From assembly GCF_006345805.1 (NCBI RefSeq), contig NC_043009.1, forward strand, positions 64,046,001-64,110,000: a DNA stretch of 64,000 nt, given 5' to 3'. Origin of the DNA: Octopus sinensis (lineage: Eukaryota). This document shows, in pieces, positions 44,642 through 57,211 of this stretch (positions are counted from its first letter, which is position 1; every line of letters starts with the position of its first letter). The notes under the pieces were generated by a model. That model was not told the origin of the DNA. It saw nothing but the letters and a program-made list of their open reading frames with translations, and did not search any database. The translations under genes were made by a program, and so were the position numbers.

Positions 44642-45683
44642 ATGCCATACTGAACTAAACTATTACCAGCAGAACGGTCACTCCTCAAAAGTAGCACAAT
44701 TGATGACCTATTAAACTCCGCAATGAAAAGCCCTTCCCGGTCCAGCAATTCACATTCTTCGTTTTCTCTGAATAATACAACTGACCCATCATCATTTATC
44801 ATTGCCTTAATATTCTACTGAGACAACCATGACCACCACTACTACTGTCTCACCCTTCTTCTCCCCACTGCTCACCTCAAATTGAATGTATATCTCATAG
44901 CGCCATGATAAATCTGCCAACTGTAGACTCTATAAACGCCTGTTACGCAGCAACTGCAATCTCACTCATTTACCTGGGACAAAACATGCAATTTGTACAA
45001 GCAACCCCAGCCAACGCCAAAGCATACAAAGCCCTCCTCCATCACTTGTATGGGATTTTTCAAATTGCTTCCTTCTGCGCAATTTTTTTAATCAGTTTGT
45101 CTGTTTCACTGTGTGTGTGTGTGTATGTTCTCATTTTTTCTCTTCTACATGTTTCAGTCGTTTGACGGTGGCCATGCTAGAGCAAAGTTATGAGTCAATG
45201 TAATGACCCCCCCCACTTCTGTTCCCACACAGTGTTCAATATTTGGTGCAAGTCTTTCTCTCTTTTCTATCTAGTTCTCTATCCTTCTCCTTTCCCCTCT
45301 TGTACACAAAACCTTCTCCATCTATTTCTCTCTTCCTCTCTACCTATCTGCCATCTTTCTCTCTTTACTACCTTCCATTTCTTCCTCTGTCCATCTCTGT
45401 CAACTACCTACTCTCTATCTTTATTCCTTTTTTTCTCTGCACTCCCTTTTTCTTCGTACTTGCTCTTCCCCAACCGTCTCTATTCCACTCTGTCTCTCTT
45501 CACCTTTTGCTACCAAAACTGTTCGATGAACGGCAACGGGAAACTCAGAGTAACAGGTTTTGTTGAATTTTCTGCTGCTTTAAATAAAGCATATTATTCT
45601 ACCACTGGTATTTGAGTACTCTTTTTTCCACCTTGTTTCACATTTATGTGTTTACTCCGGTATATACATATATATATCTATAT

Positions 45684-46079
45684 ACAGGGTGATTCAAAAG
45701 TCGTCATACATAGGAACAATTTATCTTTTTTATAAGAAATAGTATATAAGAACAGGTTTTTCTATTTAACAGGCTCTAAATGATTACCATTGTTTTGAAT
45801 ACACATTGCAACACGTTTACCCCATTCATTGTGAACTCGTAATAACACATCTGGTGATGACACATCTGGTGATAACACATCTGGTGATAACACATCTGGT
45901 GATAGATGTGCAAAGGAGCTGGTGATGCGTTCCTTCAAACGATTTCTATCTTCTACCTTTCCGCGATACACCATGCCTTTCAAATAATGACCCCAAAGAT
46001 AGAAATCAAGAGGGGTGAGATCAGGGAATCTAGGGGATTTTGTAAACTGTCTCTTATAAAAAAATAAATGTTTCCTATG
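45684..46079 (-). mobile_element. Internally deleted Tc1/mariner-superfamily element (DD37D/maT-like C-terminus SPRFPDLTPLDFYLWG)
   Basis: TA-cagggtgattcaaaa TIR at 45682. The inner TIR cataggaac...ttataaga is mirrored at 46052-46079. ORF 45762-46085. Confidence 0.8.
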
Positions 46080-46084
46080 TTTCA

Positions 46085-46560
46085 TTTTTCATCACCTGTC
46101 ACAATGCGATCAAAAGTTGATCGTTTTTGTTTCGCAAAAGATGTAGACTTTGCCGCTGAAATTTTAAAAAATTTGGTCAAACCCGTGCGGTAGCCATTTA
46201 CAGCCATTTTTTGTTTTTCCAGTGTGATGCAAATATCGAAGAAGTGTTGAAATAGTCAATGATCAGTTCTTTGACAGTTGCTTAAGTTGTTTTGCATGGA
46301 CCCACTTGAAAAGTTGTCCTTAATTGCTCGATGTTAATTGCACGTATCGTCCTTCACATTCATCTTCAAGGCTCTCGGTTCCATTCCAAAGAATCGGGAA
46401 CTAACGTTGAGCTGTACGCACATTAATGGAACATTGATCAAACTTGTGGTTGACTCTGCGAGCATCTTCTGCTGTTTTGAGTACAATTTTGAACTCGTAC
46501 CTTCAGATCACTCGAAATTTCTTTGTATTCAACGTTTATATGACAACCTAAAATCAAATA
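46085..46560 (-). mobile_element. Decayed Mos1-like mariner transposase N-terminal half
   Basis: Minus frames read YEFK..AEDARRVN..NVRTAQR*F, WLPHGL (cf. WVPHEL) and FDRIVTGDEK (first catalytic D). Confidence 0.75.
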
Positions 46561-47386
46561 AAAAAAATAAAAGGGAAATATATCATCAGCATGAACCAAC
46601 AGACCAAAATCGATGCTTTAAAGCTGTTTACTCTATGAGCATAGATACTTTTTTACAAATTTTTAAAGCAGAAGCTTAAAAGAATACTAAGAAATCACAC
46701 CCTAACAGTTCTGGTATAAATATCTCATTGCAACAGTGAACCGCATGCTATGAACCACTGCAAGTCACAATGTATATCCCTGGTATTAACTAGAATGATC
46801 TACATCATATTCAGAATTGAGTGGATCACAGTTCGATTACATTCGTGGTACAGGGTTGACCTGGAACTAAATAACAACACCAATGATAACAACAACTATT
46901 TAAAATGTAATCAGTGAATTTAAATCACAAGAAGGATTATGATATTGCCTTTCTATAAATCAATAAGTGGAGACACATGGCCTAGTGGTTAGAGCAGCGA
47001 ACTCGCGGTCGAGAGATCGCGGGTTTGAATCTCAGACCGGGCGATGTGTGTGTTTATGAGCGAAAACACCGAAGCTCCACGCGGCTCCGGCAGAAGGTAA
47101 AGGCAAACTTCTGCTGAATCTTTCGCCACAACTTTCTCTCACTCTTTCCTCCTGCATCTTGCAGCTCACCTGCGACGGACCGGCGTCCTGTCCAGGTGAG
47201 GAACTTATACGCCAAAGAAACCGGAAACAGGCCCTATGAACCAGGCGTGGCTCGAGAAGGAACAAACATAAATCGATTATAAACGGGAAAAAGAAACAAT
47301 TAGTAAGCATGAAATTTATGCGAAACTAAGCAAAATTGAGCAAAAATCTGCAATTTCCAGCGTAAACTTGATTTATTTTGTTATAG

Positions 47387-47483
47387 TTTGATTTAGCGTG
47401 TAAGAAAAAAATGGTTAAAATCCACATTGCAGTCAGTTTATTTTGTCGTTTATCATAATGGATCGATTATATTTGGTGGATAG
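47387..47483 (+). pseudogene. Decayed orphan copy of SLC22 gene A exon 3
   Basis: Aligns to 28002-28105 together with flanking intron (gatttattttgttatAG). It has an extra A in the A-run (frameshift), a short deletion near the 3' end and a GT>GC donor. Confidence 0.85.
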
Positions 47484-47752
47484 GCAAGATATATTTCAAT
47501 GAATACTTTTCTTAAATGCAGGCGTGGCTGTGTTGTAAGAAGTTTGCATCCAAGCCACATGGTTTTGGGTTCAGTTCCACTGCGTGGTACTAAAATGAAA
47601 CGATTTTAGTACCAGCAAAAAAGGAAGATATGTATTTGAATTTTTCTTGTTATATATCACATTTAAACACAGGCATTTGTATTCTGATGTTTAATCTTAT
47701 ATCTCACATTCTGCATTCTCATATACTTGATTTTACATGATTGATATATATA

Positions 47753-47799
<47 letters not shown>

Positions 47800-48188
47800 C
47801 TAATTCATATTTATAATGTATAATTTATAAATTTTAATTCTTAATATTACAAAGTATAATTTTTATTCTTAATTTTTAATTCGTAATTTTTAATCCTTAA
47901 TGCTTAATTGTATTGCTTAGTTTTAAAGTGATGTAAAATTAGATATATAATATTTTGAAATAGAACCTGAAGATGTGTTGGAATAATTGTAAATCTGACG
48001 ATTGCATATATGTATTTATATATGTATATATATAGGTATAAAGTTGTGTATATATATATATATATATTGTAATCTTCCAAAACCGAAACACGTAGTTTCC
48101 TTCATATTTAATAAATATTAGTATTTACCTAAAGTATGATATAATTAATGAAGTATATTATATGCCCTGCTGGTATTTTTGTTATATA

Positions 48189-48235
<47 letters not shown>

Positions 48236-48262
48236 GTATAGTATATGTATATATATTTATTG

Positions 48263-48296
<34 letters not shown>

Positions 48297-49365
48297 TATA
48301 TATATATATAATGTATATGTGTATATGTATATGTGTATATGTATCTATATATATACATATATATATATAAATTATATATATATATATATATGTATATGTA
48401 TATGTATATATATAGTATATTTATATATATATTATATATATATATATATATAATATATATATATATTATATATATATATGTATATGTATATGTGTATATG
48501 TATATGGTATATGTATATATATATATAATATTATATAATATATATTATATATAATTATGGTATATGTATATTCTTGTGATTTTCTCTGCGTTAGTGTCTG
48601 TCTCCCACCATCGCCTGAAACTGGTGTTGGTATATTTATGTTCTCGTAAAATAGCGGTTCGGCAGATGAGCCCAATAGAATAAGTATCAGGCTAAAAATT
48701 AAATATCTATATATATATATATATATGGTCGATTTATTCGACTAAGATCTCTTCAAGGTGCTGCTCCAGCATGGCCGTAGTCTAATGACAGAAAGAAGGA
48801 AAATGTAAAAGGTAAACATAATATTCTATATTCATCTACCGTGGTTCAAATTCGTACAGTTCACCAAAGTTTTTTCCTTTTGTGTATAAAATCATTTTCA
48901 ATGCAATAGAAGAAAATATCGTTAGATGTCTGCATGAAATATAAGTTGACATAAACGTATTTAAAACTACACTCTGTACATCAACTCTATGTTCGTATTG
49001 CTTTTTAACCTCGAACCTATGAACAAATTTTTCACCTAGATATAATGCCGTGCAATAACTAGAATTATGCTCTTGTTAATATACTTTTGCTGGTATAATT
49101 TTGTAATTAAACTTCAGATAAAAGACTATTGAATCACCTATATTTTCGAGTTTGAAACAAATGTATAATTCAAGCGGTGATTTCTAAGATCTAGTTCTGG
49201 TTTTGATGTAGTTCTAGTTCGGATTCAAAGAGATATAAAACAATAAAAATTGGCAACTGATGAAGCATCTAAACCATGCAGTCAGATTATTAAAAATAGC
49301 CTTTTGTTAACAGCTCATATCCTAATGATATTATCACTCTACATTTATATATATATAATATAGTA

Positions 49366-49412
<47 letters not shown>

Positions 49413-49820
49413 ATTTTTGTTTATGCACTCTGACTCGGTTCATTAATTTTGTTCCTGTTTGACCGATGTAGTTCTCATTGCATTTTACATATCTAGTCTT
49501 AATAAGATTTGTTCGCTACAGAAAATATTTTACAACCACTATTGCGTATTCAGTAATGTCGTATATAGTAACTGCTGCTAACACAGCCGAAAGGTGGTCG
49601 GTTAACTGTGTGATATATGGTTCGTATCCTGAGACAAGCGTTCGTTTGATTTCTCTGCGTTCTTAGCAAAAGAGTTAACTCAAATAATTCAGATAAATAT
49701 GAAATATAACTCAGGCATTGGTAGCAAGTGTTGTACTGTAATAAGACCTAGGTTAAAGTGTAGTTAAACCTGCTTTGGTAAATTTACTCGACATAAAAAG
49801 ATTCTGATGTAGGTATATAT

Positions 49821-49856
<36 letters not shown>

Positions 49857-50006
49857 TATAATATATACATATACACACAACACATGTATATATGTATGTA
49901 TATGTATTTATACACATGCATATATTCATAAATAGATATATACATATATGTAGGTGTGTATATATATAATATATATATATATATATATTTATGTATATAA
50001 TATATA

Positions 50007-50055
<49 letters not shown>

Positions 50056-50447
50056 TAATATATATAATATATATATATATAAAAACACATATACACACAT
50101 ATGTATGCACACAACACGTACATAAACAGACTCTGTTTAGTGAAAATCTCAGACCGAGCTGCGTGTTGTGTTATTGAGCAAGACACTTTATTTCATGTTG
50201 TTCCAGTTCACTCAGCTGGGGTAAATGAGTTGTGTCATCACATGTGCCAAGCCGTATCGGCCTTTGCCTTTCTCTTGGATAACTCTGGTGGCGTGGAGAG
50301 GGAAGGCCAGTATGCATGGGCGACTGCTGGTCTTCCATAAACATCATTGCCCGTACTTGTGCCTGGGAGGGTACTTTCTAGGTGCAATCCCATGGTCAGT
50401 CATGACCGAAGGGGTCTCAGCGTAGTATATATATATATATATATATA

Positions 50448-50528
<81 letters not shown>

Positions 50529-50554
50529 TTATACATATATATATACATATATAT

Positions 50555-50591
<37 letters not shown>

Positions 50592-51289
50592 CATATACAT
50601 ATATATATGTGTGGTGTGTAAATATATGTATATATTATATATATGCATATTATATATACACACACACATATAATAAAGGGCGGTGAGCTGGCAGAAATGT
50701 TAGCACGCCGAGCGAAACATTTAGTGTCTGTCCTGAGTTCAAATTCCGCCGAGGTCGACTTTGCCTTTCATTCTTTCGGGGGTCGATAAATTAAGTACTA
50801 GTTGTGTATTGAGGTCGATATAATTGACTGGCCCCCTCCCCCAAAATTTTGAGCCTTGTATCTAGAGTAGAAAAGTATATAATTAATATGATACAAGTTG
50901 ACAATTTTTTTTTTATCTTATATTTATTTTGTAAACAAATAATACAATATTACATAAGTATTTTATAATGTTTCTTTCTTTTCTGGAAACTCGCCGTGTA
51001 CCGGCAGCTGATGGTTCGCGGACCGGCTCCGGTCCACGGACCATCACTTTGAGAAGTACTGCACTAAGCTACTCTACTTTATGGTGTGTATCTTAACATT
51101 TACTGTACGTATTTTAATATGATTTTATATGATTTTATTCTTATTTATTGTACAGTAACATTATTTTATGTGCTTTTAACGGTTTTCTAATGATTTTACA
51201 ATTCCAGTATTTGTGGCGGACAGACGTAAAGTCGAGTAAAATGACTTAACTTGATTCGTATTTTTTCATATATTATTTTTGAAAACCGA

Positions 51290-52200
51290 TGTATTATTGA
51301 GAACAACTTAAATCGAAACGACTTAAGCCGAGTTATGCCTGTATTCAAGAGAATAAGGGAATACGGGCTAAAACTGACAAGAAAAATGCAAGTTTTTGAT
51401 GGAAAAAATAAAATACCTACGACGAAAGTGGACGCAGACCGGTCTCATCAAGGGCGACGGCAATACAAATATGCCGCTCCCGACGAACGTGACAATTCTT
51501 CAAACATTCCTAGGCTTGGTAAATTATTACCAAGTGTATGTCCCAAGTATTCACAAGTTAAAGGCACCATTTAGTGAATTATTTAAAAAAAAAGCCAAAT
51601 AGGTTTGAACAGAGAAATGTCAGAAAGCATTACCAAGTTAAAATGTGTTAACTTCAGACTTGAATCTTACGCATTTCGACCCAAAGTTGGAGATAATACT
51701 AGCAACAGATGCCAGCGAGTATGGGATAGGAGCCGTGCTCCTATACAAGGATAACGATGGCAGGAGAAAGGCCATAGTTCACACATCAAGGACATTATTG
51801 CCGGCGGAAAAGAGCTATAGCCAGATTGAAAAAAGGCCTTGGCTATTATATTTGGTATGAAAAAGTTCCACAGGTTCATTCACGGGAGACTTTTTGATTG
51901 CAAACGGACCACAGGCCTCTAATAACGACGTACGGATTCAAGAAAGGAATCCCGACACATATGGGAAACAGACTGCAGCGGAGGGGTACCATTCTATTAA
52001 ACTACGATTAGAGATTGGAATATCTACCTTCATAAAAGTTGGGGCATGCCGATGGTCTGTCTAGGTTAATTCAGAGAAATAACGAACTACTGGAGGACAC
52101 CGTAATAGCAGCGCTAAGAGCGGAGTGGAAACAAAAAAAGTGATGTGGAACATCGTGTGTGAACTACCAGTAACTTTTAAAGAAATAAAAGAAATGCGAG
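51290..52200 (+). mobile_element. Decayed Ty3/Gypsy pol fragment (RT thumb and RNase H)
   Basis: Frames read LQTFLGLVNYY, IILATDASEYGIGAVL, SRTLLPAEKSYSQIEK, TDHRPL and GHADGLSRL; frameshifts and stops; no LTRs identified. Confidence 0.92.
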
Positions 52201-52941
52201 AAATGACAGACAAAAGGAAAACTTTGGTCTTAGAGATTATCTATTTTCTCTTCCTAGTTTACAGTTGTAACAGTCATTCAATCTTACAAACGTGCTATAT
52301 TTTGAAGCAAAGATCTAATGCGTGTTTGTCTCTGGCTGCCTACAGGATCATGTGAACTAGAAACAGAATTTTTGTGAGAGAACGCTGCTATATAAACTTA
52401 TCAGCTCTTCTGAATTCTAAATACTAAATTGTAACAGAGGTTACGGCCCTTTGTAACAAGGTCCCTACTAAGATAGTTCTTCTCTATAACCAAAAGTCAT
52501 TCTAAGAAAGTTTCTCGCTTCCTACACCAACCATATACACTTATAAAAAAATCCTTCCAAATATTCCTTATTCTGGCTGGCATTTCACATCCAAATTCGC
52601 TCAGCTCCACCCAAGAAGGGGGCGTCTTCCTACGATGACTTCACTACTAAGCAGATGCAGTGAACTTCGGAGTTATTGGTGCCTCTCGAAGTCATTGTTG
52701 TAAATTTCCTGTCTTCATAGGAATCTCTCCTAATCTTCGTGATTACGCAATATATCTCAAATGATGAGAATTTTTATTATTAGAGACATAGGAAGAAAAG
52801 AAAGAAAAAAAATTAAAGGATAAAAGATTAATTTATCGAGCACCCTCCTCTTCTAATTACTTCAATAAGGAACCAAAAATATAAAAGAAAAAGCAGGAAT
52901 GGAATTAAGCAACGAAAGATGGTGAGGCGGGAGTAACAGGA

Positions 52942-53273
52942 CGCTCTGGGTTCAATATCCACCGAGGTTGATTTTGCTTTTCGCCCCTTCAAGGTCGATA
53001 AAACACATACTAGTTGAGCACTGGGTTCGTTGTAATCGGCTTAGCCCCACCCACTAAATTGCTAGTCTTGTTCAAAAAAGAATTTGAAATCAATATTAAA
53101 ATACTAGGGATAAAAATCGTTATAATGAGAAAATCATTTTACATTTACCTGTTTTTCGTTCATAATTACAATAAAACTCGGAAATCATGCAGTGAGTACC
53201 CAATGACGGCTAACTCATCACAAAACAATGTTTTAGCCAAGACTTAATTACCAATAATTTTACGAACTAAACA
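52942..53273 (+). repeat. Arm 1 of a ~330-bp inverted duplication (arm 2 at 57383-57715)
   Basis: Direct read: 53091-53273 is the reverse complement of about 57383-57566 with about 6 differences, and the match continues through the same SINE-3 fragment. Confidence 0.92.
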
Positions 53274-53429
53274 CTCAAGTCCGAATGGTGTGTCCAGCCA
53301 CGCTTTGAATAGTGCAAAAAATAAATATATTGTAATAAATAAATGCAAATATGTTAGGAAGCGTAATATATTGACAAAAATTTAATATAAAATACTTCTC
53401 ATTCTGTTCCTTTCAATGAAAAGCCAAAT

Positions 53430-53637
53430 TTACAAGTTATCCATATCTTCAAGCGTTTCTAGTAAATAGGAATCTTTCATTTCGGGAAGTAAAAGAATGA
53501 GGAATCCTCCAAGAATACCCAGTGCACCGTAAATACTGAGTGGCAACCAAGATAGGTACACAGATAATCCAAGAATCTGTGGTGCAAGAATAGCACCAAC
53601 TCGAGAAACTGACGAAGCTATTCCTATGCCACTGTTG
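53430..53637 (-). CDS. SLC22 gene B terminal exon (NSGIGIASSVSRVGAILAP...LPEMKDSYLLETLEDMDNL*)
   Basis: Acceptor tttcAG; TAA at 53432-53430. Confidence 0.92.
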
Positions 53638-53679
53638 CTGAAATACAAAAGAAGTCAAATATATCGAACATACATATAG

Positions 53680-53710
<31 letters not shown>

Positions 53711-54005
53711 TGTATGTATGTATGTATGCATGCATGTATGTATGCATGTATGTATGTATGCATGTATGTATGTATGTATGTATGTATGTATGTATGTATG
53801 TATGTATGTGTGTATGCACACACATACATATATACGAATTGTGGAGCACGAAAGTAACTACATAAACCTGATGATCGCGTAACACATGAAAGTACTAGTT
53901 TATTTCAATATTCAAGAATTCTAACATTGAAAAATTGTAGATAATAAAACGTGAAAGTTTATTCACACCACACAACACACACACACACACACACATACAC
54001 ACACA

Positions 54006-54052
<47 letters not shown>

Positions 54053-56245
54053 ACACACGTAATTCCTCGATATAGGAGTTAATTTGTTACCGGAGACCGT
54101 TCGTAATGCGAAAGACTCGTAAAGCAGAGCGATATTTTCACATAGTAGCAATGTTATAGATCGTAATTCGTTCCCAGAAGAATATTTTACGAGTAAAATT
54201 TGTAATGCTTGTAAATAAACGGTTATAAAACAACAGTTGAATGTAAACAATATTTTATGTAAAGTAAAAAGATAATTTCTAACAAAAAATATTATTAATA
54301 TAATCGTTTTCTGAATCACTTTCACTCACATTAGACGGATGCACACCATCACTTGAAGACGCGATCATCGATTCACAAGCACTCGTAGACGGACTTGTAG
54401 ATTTCTTTTTAAAAAAACAAGTCTAGAGTTGTTTGCTTAGAAAGAAGCGTTTTTTGCTTTCTATAAATTTCTCAGTAACATGCAGAAGCATTTGTTATGG
54501 AAGTAGAAACTTTTGCACTTCGTTCAAAACTTGGATCTTGCGCTTGAAAAATAAACTCGTAAACCCGATGTCTCGTAAAGCGGCTCCTCGTAAGAGGAGG
54601 TATTACTGTATACATACTAGTAAAGATGGAAAAAAATCTTCACAACCTGTTAGAGATTCACGTGACCATCCTTCGGATAGTTGTGACGATATTGAATAAA
54701 ATTGTGTGGGTACATATGTCCGATTTATAAATGTGATTATTATACAAGGAAACTATTTAGTCTCCAACCTTATCGAAAACGCGTGTAATTTCGCTGGGAT
54801 AAAATTAAAAAATTATTATCACCTTTGTACATAATACACAACCACACACATACACATGTATGTATGTATGCATGTATTTATGTATGGTATGTATGTATGT
54901 ATGTATGGTAATTGGTATGTAATGTTCATGTATGTATGTATGTATGTATGTATGTATGTATGTATGCATGTATGTATGTATGTATGTAATGTATGTTTGT
55001 ATGTATGTTTGTATGTATGTATGTATGTAATGTTGTAATGTTGGTATGTATGTATGTATGCATGTTATGTATGTTTGTATGTATCTGTTTGTATGTATGT
55101 ATGTATGTTGTTGTAATGTATGTAATGTATGTATGTATGTATGTATGTATTTTTGATGTATGTATGTTTGTATGTACTTTTGGTATGTATGTATGTATGT
55201 ATGTATGTATGTATGTATGTATGGTATGTATGTATGGTATGCATGTATGTATGTATGTATGATATATGTATATTAATGTATGTATGTATGTGTGTTGTAT
55301 GTATGTATGTATGCAATGCATGTAATGTATGTATGTATGTAGTATGTATGTATGTATGTATGTATGTATGTTTGTATGTATCGTTTTGTATGTATGTATG
55401 TATGTATGTATGTATGTTGTATGTATGCTGTTAATGTATTTAATGTATGATTATGTTTGTATGTATGTATCTATGTATGTATGTATGTTGTATGTATGTA
55501 TGTTTGTATGTATAATGTATGCATGTATGTGTGTAGTATGCATGTTGTATGTATGTATGTATGTATGTTTTATGTATGTATGTCTGTATGATGGCATGTA
55601 TGTATTTGTATGTATGCATGTATGTTTGTATGTATGTATGTTTGTATGTATGTATGTATGGTGGTAGATGTTTATGTATGTGTTTGCCTGTGTATAACAA
55701 TGTTCGATCATAGACGGTTCTTGATATTAGAAACCAGAGAGTAACTACATCCGAATTACCGCTTAGATACTTAAAAAAAAAGAGTCAACAAAAGCACGAT
55801 ACTTACCGTACCACTGTTGGAAATAGTTCAACTGAGGTCAGGTAAATACCATTAAATGATGCTGACCCACCCAGCTTTCCGAGAACAGTTAACATAAGTG
55901 GAAGCCAAAGGTTAGCTGAAAAGATATTGTACATGAGTAATAGTTATTGTTTGTAAAGCAAGTTGTATTTCCACAACATTACATACACACACATACACAC
56001 ACACACGTTCATAGATACTCTCTTTTACTCTTTTAATTGTTTCAGTCATTTGACTGCGGCCATGCTGGAGCACCGCCTTTAGTCGAGCAACTCGACCCCG
56101 GGACTTATTCTTTGTAAGCCCAGTACTTATTCTATCGGTCTCTTTGCCGAACCGCTAAGTGACGGGGACGTAAACACACCAGCATCGGTTGTCAAGCAAT
56201 GCTAGGGGGGACAAACACAGATACACAAACACACACACACACACA

Positions 56246-56286
<41 letters not shown>

Positions 56287-56768
56287 CATATATACGACAG
56301 GCTTCTTTCAGTTTCCGTCTACCAAATCCACTCACAAGGCATTGGTCGGCCCGGGGCTATAGCAGAAGACACTTGCTCAAGATGCCACGCAGTGGGACTG
56401 AACCCGGAACCATGTGGTTGGTAAGCAAGCTACTTACTACACAGCCATTCCTGCGCCTATTACGTACATTTAACACGTATAATAATAAAAAACGTACGGA
56501 AAGTCATATACTAAATGCACTGAATGCACAGACGAACGGAGAACAAACACAGAAAGTCACAAATTCCTCATCAGTATTCGGCCAAGGTTTCGAGCGCAAT
56601 TTCGTGCCATTATCGATAATATTGCATCCACCCTTTCTCCGTTCGTCTGTGCATTCATGCATTTAATATTTCTTTCGTTTTAGTCTTTTTACACGTTTGT
56701 TTATTACTATACATGTTTGACTTCTGAAAATATTATTCGCGTCACGGAACGTACTCCTTATTTTTGAC

Positions 56769-56813
<45 letters not shown>

Positions 56814-57157
56814 CGATAATAAATCTCTGAACGAGATGTAAACAGTAACTGCTCGACAACGTAAAGTATAATAGCCATCTCAATATGGGTAACCACTAAG
56901 GGTGGGTGTTACTGTAGCTTTTAGCCCCAGGAGATCATCGAAAACCGGTGATTGCCGTACGTTGACAACAGACAAATACCTAGAAACTGCAGTCCGTGCG
57001 TATCACTTAGGTTTACGAGAGAGGGATGCCCTCCCTTTTCAAATACCACAAGGACACAGAAAGTGTGCCTAAAGCCAGCTGGAGACATGATCTCTGGGGC
57101 TGCTACAGTACACCCACCCTTAGTGGTAGCCATATGATGATGGCTACTTTACTTTAC

Positions 57158-57211
<54 letters not shown>

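Noticed and set aside
45190-45615. 141-aa hydrophobic ORF
   Set aside because: It arises from a CT-rich low-complexity tract plus a dispersed repeat.
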